This document shows positions 58,461-64,000 of a stretch of 64,000 nt of DNA, piece after piece (the stretch's first letter is position 1; each line of letters begins with the position of its first letter). The position numbers were made by a program, and so were the translations under genes. The notes beneath the pieces are model-generated. The model searched no databases and had not been told where the DNA came from. It saw nothing but the letters and a program-made list of their open reading frames with translations. The DNA is taken from assembly GCA_027007025.1 (NCBI GenBank), contig JALTFL010000001.1:248-64247 (forward strand). Reading direction: 5' to 3'. Source of the DNA: Nanobdellati archaeon (GTDB lineage Archaea; Nanobdellota; Nanobdellia; CSSed11-243R1).

Positions 58461-59084
58461 ATGGATTTTTTAGAAAAAGTAAATGGTATTGATAAATACA
58501 AATTATACACAGGTCCCCTTGAGGATGCCATTCACGCAATTAGAGCTGATGGGAGAACCCCAATGACTATTGAACAAATAGCACGCAAAAGACTTGAAGT
58601 TTATTCGAGTGGAGATGCCAATCATGATAAGGTTTGGTGGTGGAATGAATCACACTTTGGTGTGTATAACGGTGTTGCGTATTTTGAGGATAAGATTAAA
58701 GTTATAGATGGAGACACATTGCTTATGGCTGCTCTTGAGGGGAGAAAAAATGAATATTCCCTTATGATTAGCGAGGAATTGTATCATTCACTTGAAGGCG
58801 AGGAGTTCAAAAAATCAAAATCATACGATAGGAGAGACAATTCTTTCTTAAAAGCATTGTTCGGTGATGTGTTTGATGAGTATAAGAAAGTGGCAGAGGA
58901 TAGGTACATTGGTTTTAGAGGAGATAGATGTGTTTTGCCAACATTTAATGACTGCCTTAAATTTTGGAAGCCTAAAATACCTGAAGTGCGTGGACTAACA
59001 ATATCTGGATTGGTGGATGTATCTACTATTTATACGACATCTCCCCCAGGGGGGAATTTTGTTGGGGAAATAGCAAAAGAGTAA
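58461..59084 (+). CDS. Hypothetical protein
   Basis: GGGGTGA SD before ATG 58461. Confidence 0.7.
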   Translation: MDFLEKVNGIDKYKLYTGPLEDAIHAIRADGRTPMTIEQIARKRLEVYSSGDANHDKVWWWNESHFGVYNGVAYFEDKIKVIDGDTLLMAALEGRKNEYSLMISEELYHSLEGEEFKKSKSYDRRDNSFLKALFGDVFDEYKKVAEDRYIGFRGDRCVLPTFNDCLKFWKPKIPEVRGLTISGLVDVSTIYTTSPPGGNFVGEIAKE

Positions 59085-59134
59085 CAATCCCTTCCACAAA
59101 AGTTTAAAAATGATAATCTTACTTTTCTTTTCAT

Positions 59135-59345
59135 GGGCCCGTGGCCTAGTGGCTATGGCGTCCGCTTGACGAAACCCTTTCTTCCAAGAAAGCATTTACG
59201 GAAAGAAGGGTGTTCAAAATGCGGGAGATCCCCGGTTCGAAAGCAGCCTTTCTTTAGGAAAGAAAGCCTGCAGGGAAAGAAATTTCTTTTCCCTCAAGGC
59301 TTTTCTTTTTAAGAAAAGGCTTGCACGAAAGTCCGGGCGGGCCCA
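59135..59345 (+). tRNA. tRNA-Val(GAC) with two introns (37/38 at 59172-59219; T-loop 59/60 at 59242-59331)
   Basis: Acceptor GGGCCCG/CGGGCCC+A; anticodon TCCGC TT-GAC-G|T GCGGG; T stem CCCGG/CCGGG; BHB helices TTGA/TCAA and TTCG/CGAA. Confidence 0.9.
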
Positions 59346-59384
59346 TTTCTAAAGTTTTAAATATGTAACTCATTTTAATCTTAT

Positions 59385-59738
59385 ATGGCAAAGAAAAAGA
59401 CAACGAAAAGAAAAACAGCTAAAAGAGCACCAAAGAGAAAAGTCGTGGAATTGAAAAACAAAGCAGCTATGAATACAGTACACTTGGTTTTTGAGATTTT
59501 GGCGGCAGCAGGATTCGCGATTGGGTTAATTCCATTAGGATATCTGTTCTCTATGTGGTGGGTAATACCAATGACGTTGATATCGATGATTATCTCTGTG
59601 ATGTGGAGCAAAAAAACGTTGACTTTAGATGTTGTTACTTTTATAATGAGTCTATTGTCAATAATACCTATATTGGGTTTTGTTGCAAGGGTTATTGGTA
59701 TTATAACAGCTGCAGTAGCGGCTAAAGATTTAATTTAA
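59385..59738 (+). CDS. Small membrane protein with Lys/Arg-rich N-terminus
   Basis: MAKKKTTKRKTAKRAPKRK followed by 3-4 hydrophobic segments. Confidence 0.75.
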   Translation: MAKKKTTKRKTAKRAPKRKVVELKNKAAMNTVHLVFEILAAAGFAIGLIPLGYLFSMWWVIPMTLISMIISVMWSKKTLTLDVVTFIMSLLSIIPILGFVARVIGIITAAVAAKDLI

Positions 59739-59744
59739 TTTTTT

Positions 59745-62700
59745 TTATTTTTTTGGTAGTTTGACGGAAACTATTTGTGATTCTCCAAGTTGGTTCATGT
59801 GCACTCCGTATATTGTATCTGCATATGAAAGAATTGCGTCGTTGTGGGTTACGACTATGAACTGCGAGGTTTTTGAATATTCCGACAAAAGCTGGGCAAG
59901 TTTTTCTGAGTTTTCCCTGTCAAGAGCTGCTTCAACTTCGTCCATTATGTAAAATGGAGATGGTATGAATTCCTGAACAGCGAATATGAATGCGAGGGTT
60001 ACCAGTGTTTTCTCGCCCCCGCTCATCGCTCTAAGGGATATGAATTTTTTTCCTCCGGGACGGGCGATTATATCAAGTCCACCTTCAAACGGATTCTCTT
60101 CGTTTTCAATTACAAGTTTTGCCTCTCCGTTTGGCGAAAGAATTGAGAACACCCTTTCAAAGTTCTTCGCGACATTGTTGTATGTTTCAAGGAAAGATTC
60201 CCTTTTCTTCTCCTCTACCTCATCCATGACTTTTAGAATCTCATTCTTTTCTTCATCAAGCTTGTCATACTTTGCTTTTAGTTCGTTGTATTCCTTTTCG
60301 ACTTCGTTGTAAACATCAAGGGCGCGGAGATTGACAGCTCCAAATTGAGATATTATAGATTCTAAATGTTTAATCTCGCTTTCAAGCTCATTAACACTTT
60401 TCGTTACTTTTTCTATCTTTATGTCTGAAAATTCTTCCATTGCAGTGCGCTTGCCTTCAAGTTTCGCATTTGTTTCTGCTATTTTAAGCTTCAAGTTGTT
60501 GAAGTCATCTTTTAACTTTTCAATCTTTTCGTCTATTCTTGCCCTTTTTATTTCAATTTGTTTTATTCTTTCATTGAGTTTGTTTCTTTTGTCATACAAC
60601 TCCCTTAATTTTGTGTGAAATTTCTTTTCTTCTTCAATTTTTTTCTCAAGCTCTTTGTTGAAAGTTTTCAGCTCAATACTGGATTTTTCAATTGCTTCTT
60701 TGAAAGAGTTTTCTTCCTTCTCCAAGTCTTTGAGCAACTTTTGAGAATGCTCCAAATCTTTTTGAGAGATTTCAATTTCAAATTTGATTCCACCTTTCTT
60801 TGCTTCTATCTCATTCAACTTGTTTTGCATTTCATTTATCTGGTAATTCAGCTTTTTGATTAGAGAATCATCCACTTTTACTGGAAGGTTCTTCATCTTA
60901 TCCTCTAGAGATTTCTTCTCATCCTCCTTCTCTTTAAGTTTCTCCTTTAACTTTTCAAACTTAGTCTCATCAACTTCTTTGATTCCCTCAATTGACGCAC
61001 TAAGATGGAATATCTCCCCCCGCATATTTGTAATCTCTTCGATTAATGTTTCTCTTTTGGATTCAATTGTTGAGATACTCGAAGCAATTTCGCTTAATTC
61101 TGATTTTATTTTTTCAATTTTTTCATCGATAGGCTCGCTGCTGAATCCAAGTGTTCCCTTTTGTCTATACCCTCCTGAAATTGCTCCGCTTCGTTCTATT
61201 AAATCGCCTTTTAGGGTCACCATCCTATAGCTGTTTATGCCAACTTTCTTTGCTGTTTCTATTGAGTCCACGATTAACGTGTCAGAAAGTATGTGTTGAA
61301 ACACCTTTTCGTATTTCTTGCTGAATTTTACTAAATTTATAGCATAATCAACTACACCCTCAATCTTGGGTGGTTCCCTTTTGATTTTTTCAGTTTTTAG
61401 TTTATCAAGCGGAAGAAATGTTGCCACGCCAAGTTTGTTGTTGCGCAAATAGTTTATACATTCTTTTGCGGCATTCACATCATCGACTACAATTGCATTG
61501 CTTCTCGAACCTGCCGCGACTTTTATAGGTATAGAATATTTTTCATCAACTTTTGCCAAATCATACACCAAACCATGGACTCCTTTTAATTCTCCCCGTT
61601 CTTTCGCCGCCAGGACGGCGCGTGTTCCCTTGTTCAATAATCCAAGTAGCACGTCTCGCTTTCCTTCGAGGTTATGAAGCTGTTTGTTTAATCTTTCCCT
61701 TTCGCTTTTTAGATTTGACAATTTAATCGCGAGATTTGCATCATTTTCAGCCTTTTCCTTGAGCAAGCGCTCTTTTGTAGAAAGCTCCTTTTTGGTTGTC
61801 TCTGCCTTTTTGATTTCATTAAGTTTGTCTTCAAAGGAAGAAATTTCATTTTTTATCGAAACTATCTCTGTTTCTATCTCACTAATTTTTGAGGCTATCT
61901 CGAGCCTTTCCTTGTCGGCGTTGCTTACCCTATTAAGCTCAACCTTCAACTGGTTTATTTTTGATTTTATTTCTTCCCCTTCATTTATTAGCTGCGGAAT
62001 TTTTAATTTTGATTGTGTCGCATTTTTCTCATTTATTGATATATCATTTAATATCTGCTTCTTTCTTTCATTGATTCTTATAATTTCATTCTTTTTTCCT
62101 TTTATTTCTGCGTTGAGCTCATTGATTTTAATCCTCAAATTTTCAATTTGGTTGTTGAGTTCTATCTGTTCCGTTTCGCCAAGCTTTTCTGTTGTGCTGT
62201 TTATTTCTTCAATTTCTTTTGTGATATCCTCTATTTTATTTGATAACTCCGCTTTTTGATTAGTTAACTTATCTATTTCTTCTTCTTTTGCTTTTAATTT
62301 CTCGTCAAGCTTCTGCCTTTCGGAATTTATATACTCCATCTCCTTGAATATCCTTGCCGCTTTGGAGTATCTTAGTTTTTCATTTAAATCTTTGAATTTT
62401 TCAGCTTCATCTTTTTCTTTCTTTAGCTCCTCCATATGTCTTATTTTTTCATTTAGGATGATGCGAGCTTCTTTGAGTTTTTGTTCTACTTTATCTATTT
62501 CTAAAAGGCATTTGTGTTTTTTTTCTTCATATATAGAAATTCCGGACAAATCCTCGATTATTTTTCTTCGTTCGTCAGATGACAATTCAACAAATTTTTG
62601 GATTTCCCCCTGCATGACAATATTATACCCGTCAGCATCGATGTTTGCATAAGCAAGTAAACTTTTTACGTAATCTCTTGTCTCCCTTTTCCCGTTTACG

Positions 62701-63041
62701 CGGAATAAGCTTCTCCCTTCTTTATCAACTTTCCTGCTTATTCTTAGCTCATCTTCATCGATAGGAAACTTTCTGTTTTTATTATCGATTATAATAGTTA
62801 CTTTAGCGAATTTGCTTGGCGGAAGTTTTTTTCCACCATTGAACACCAAATCCCCAAGCCTTTCAGCCCTTAAATCCTTTTTAGATGCTTTTCCCAAAAC
62901 AAAGCATATTGCTTCGGTTACGTTACTCTTCCCGCTCCCATTCGGGCCCATGACACAGTTCAATCCCTCAGGAAAAGTGATTTCTTTTCTTCCAGAGAAA
63001 GATTTGAATCCAAATATTTCAAGCTTTTTGATGTGGTTCAT
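59745..63041 (-). CDS. smc: Chromosome segregation protein SMC
   Basis: GFKSF, GPNGSGKSN, QG, hinge G..TFLPL and GAISGG, MSGGEK, DEVEAALD. Confidence 0.96.
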   Translation of the reverse strand: MNHIKKLEIFGFKSFSGRKEITFPEGLNCVMGPNGSGKSNVTEAICFVLGKASKKDLRAERLGDLVFNGGKKLPPSKFAKVTIIIDNKNRKFPIDEDELRISRKVDKEGRSLFRVNGKRETRDYVKSLLAYANIDADGYNIVMQGEIQKFVELSSDERRKIIEDLSGISIYEEKKHKCLLEIDKVEQKLKEARIILNEKIRHMEELKKEKDEAEKFKDLNEKLRYSKAARIFKEMEYINSERQKLDEKLKAKEEEIDKLTNQKAELSNKIEDITKEIEEINSTTEKLGETEQIELNNQIENLRIKINELNAEIKGKKNEIIRINERKKQILNDISINEKNATQSKLKIPQLINEGEEIKSKINQLKVELNRVSNADKERLEIASKISEIETEIVSIKNEISSFEDKLNEIKKAETTKKELSTKERLLKEKAENDANLAIKLSNLKSERERLNKQLHNLEGKRDVLLGLLNKGTRAVLAAKERGELKGVHGLVYDLAKVDEKYSIPIKVAAGSRSNAIVVDDVNAAKECINYLRNNKLGVATFLPLDKLKTEKIKREPPKIEGVVDYAINLVKFSKKYEKVFQHILSDTLIVDSIETAKKVGINSYRMVTLKGDLIERSGAISGGYRQKGTLGFSSEPIDEKIEKIKSELSEIASSISTIESKRETLIEEITNMRGEIFHLSASIEGIKEVDETKFEKLKEKLKEKEDEKKSLEDKMKNLPVKVDDSLIKKLNYQINEMQNKLNEIEAKKGGIKFEIEISQKDLEHSQKLLKDLEKEENSFKEAIEKSSIELKTFNKELEKKIEEEKKFHTKLRELYDKRNKLNERIKQIEIKRARIDEKIEKLKDDFNNLKLKIAETNAKLEGKRTAMEEFSDIKIEKVTKSVNELESEIKHLESIISQFGAVNLRALDVYNEVEKEYNELKAKYDKLDEEKNEILKVMDEVEEKKRESFLETYNNVAKNFERVFSILSPNGEAKLVIENEENPFEGGLDIIARPGGKKFISLRAMSGGEKTLVTLAFIFAVQEFIPSPFYIMDEVEAALDRENSEKLAQLLSEYSKTSQFIVVTHNDAILSYADTIYGVHMNQLGESQIVSVKLPKK

Positions 63042-63145
63042 TCTAATTTAGTATAAGTTTAGATTGTTTTTAAATCATTGTGTCTAATAATCTATTGAAA
63101 TTAAAAAAATATAAAGGTGCTCACAGTTAAATTAATGGGTCAAAA

Positions 63146-64000
63146 ATGAGGAAGCCAATGAAAAATTATATAATTCGTATTGGGACTACTAAAGTAGCAG
63201 TGTCCATAAATAAGGAAGAAGGCAAATTTGTTCCGATTTACACTCTTAACTTGCCAAAATTGGAACCCGCAACACTTGCTTTTTTTGAGGATGTTAGGGA
63301 CAAGTTGATATCCACAGTTCCAATTAAATTGGAAGTTCTTAGGGACCCAACAGAATTTGAGAAAATTAAATATGTGCTTTCTAATAAGGCAACAGAACTT
63401 ATTAAAAAAGGGCTTCCATCAGCGCCTGATGAAGTCGTTGATTTTGGTGTGACCTTTTTGTTGAATGAAATGCTTGGATTAGGCAATATTGAATTTTTGC
63501 TTCATGACACAAATCTTGAAGAAATTGTCATTAATGACAGTAAGGAACCAATTTGGGTTTATCACAAAGAGTTAGGTTGGCTTCAAACAAATATTATCGT
63601 TGATAGCGAAGAACAAATAAAAAATTATGCGTCAATTGTTGGCAGGCGTGTTGGACGACAGATAACTATCTTAAACCCGCTTATGGATGCCCATTTAATA
63701 ACAGGAGACAGAGTTAATGCTACCCTGTTCCCAATTTCTACAAAAGGCAACACATTGACTATAAGAATGTTCAGGAGGAAGCCTTGGACAATTACTGATT
63801 TCATAAAAAACAAAACACTAAATTATGAAACTGCGGCGTTGTTATGGCTTGCAATTCAGTATGAAATGAGTATAATCATCGGCGGCGGAACTGCAAGTGG
63901 AAAGACAAGTATGCTAAATGTAATTCTTCCGTTCATACCGCCAAATCAAAGGATAATTAGCATAGAAGAGACAAGGGAAATTAACCTACCCACCTTCTTG
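63146..64000 (+). CDS. Type IV pilus/secretion ATPase (VirB11/TadA/FlaI-like), 3'-truncated by window edge
   Basis: GLGNIEFLLHDTNLEEIVIN, DRVNATLFP, TIRMF, GGTASGKTS, IEETREI. Confidence 0.9.
   Translation, partial: MRKPMKNYIIRIGTTKVAVSINKEEGKFVPIYTLNLPKLEPATLAFFEDVRDKLISTVPIKLEVLRDPTEFEKIKYVLSNKATELIKKGLPSAPDEVVDFGVTFLLNEMLGLGNIEFLLHDTNLEEIVINDSKEPIWVYHKELGWLQTNIIVDSEEQIKNYASIVGRRVGRQITILNPLMDAHLITGDRVNATLFPISTKGNTLTIRMFRRKPWTITDFIKNKTLNYETAALLWLAIQYEMSIIIGGGTASGKTSMLNVILPFIPPNQRIISIEETREINLPTFL

Noticed and set aside
57554-59195. ORFs 57554-57760 and 58995-59195
   Set aside because: Antisense to intron-containing tRNAs
5915-59331. Hairpin repeats as a CRISPR or TIGR-type array
   Set aside because: Copies are dispersed, variable and not separated by regular unique spacers; no cas genes in the window

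Overview
Core-genome segment of a low-GC archaeon. The gene repertoire, compact spacing and multi-intron tRNAs point to a DPANN (Nanobdellota-like) lineage; this is inference. The window holds a replication origin (ORB boxes plus AT-rich DUE) upstream of cdc6-polD1-polD2. It also carries PolB, TopA, SMC, RPA, a histone, five aminoacyl-tRNA synthetases, the CCA enzyme, aRF1, aIF5A, proteasome beta, aCPSF1, DnaG, SRP RNA, two large surface proteins, a RelBE-like TA pair and three tRNA genes with 2-3 introns each. Two features stand out. (1) A family of ~35-nt hairpin repeats (about 15 copies) forms the body of 6 of the 7 tRNA introns at D-loop, anticodon and T-loop positions, and also sits free downstream of tRNA-Ile, SRP RNA and several mRNA ends. 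It looks like a REP/MITE-like element that builds or colonises tRNA introns. (2) An unannotated ~270-nt multi-helix RNA lies between a clear TATA box and dnaG, and carries a duplicated CATCATAATCAC motif complementary to SD+ATG. Also notable are a rare tRNA-Ile(UAU), an SRP RNA apparently lacking helix 6, a bacterial-type MetK and several microproteins missed by the ORF track. All calls come from reading the sequence by eye; no searches were run.
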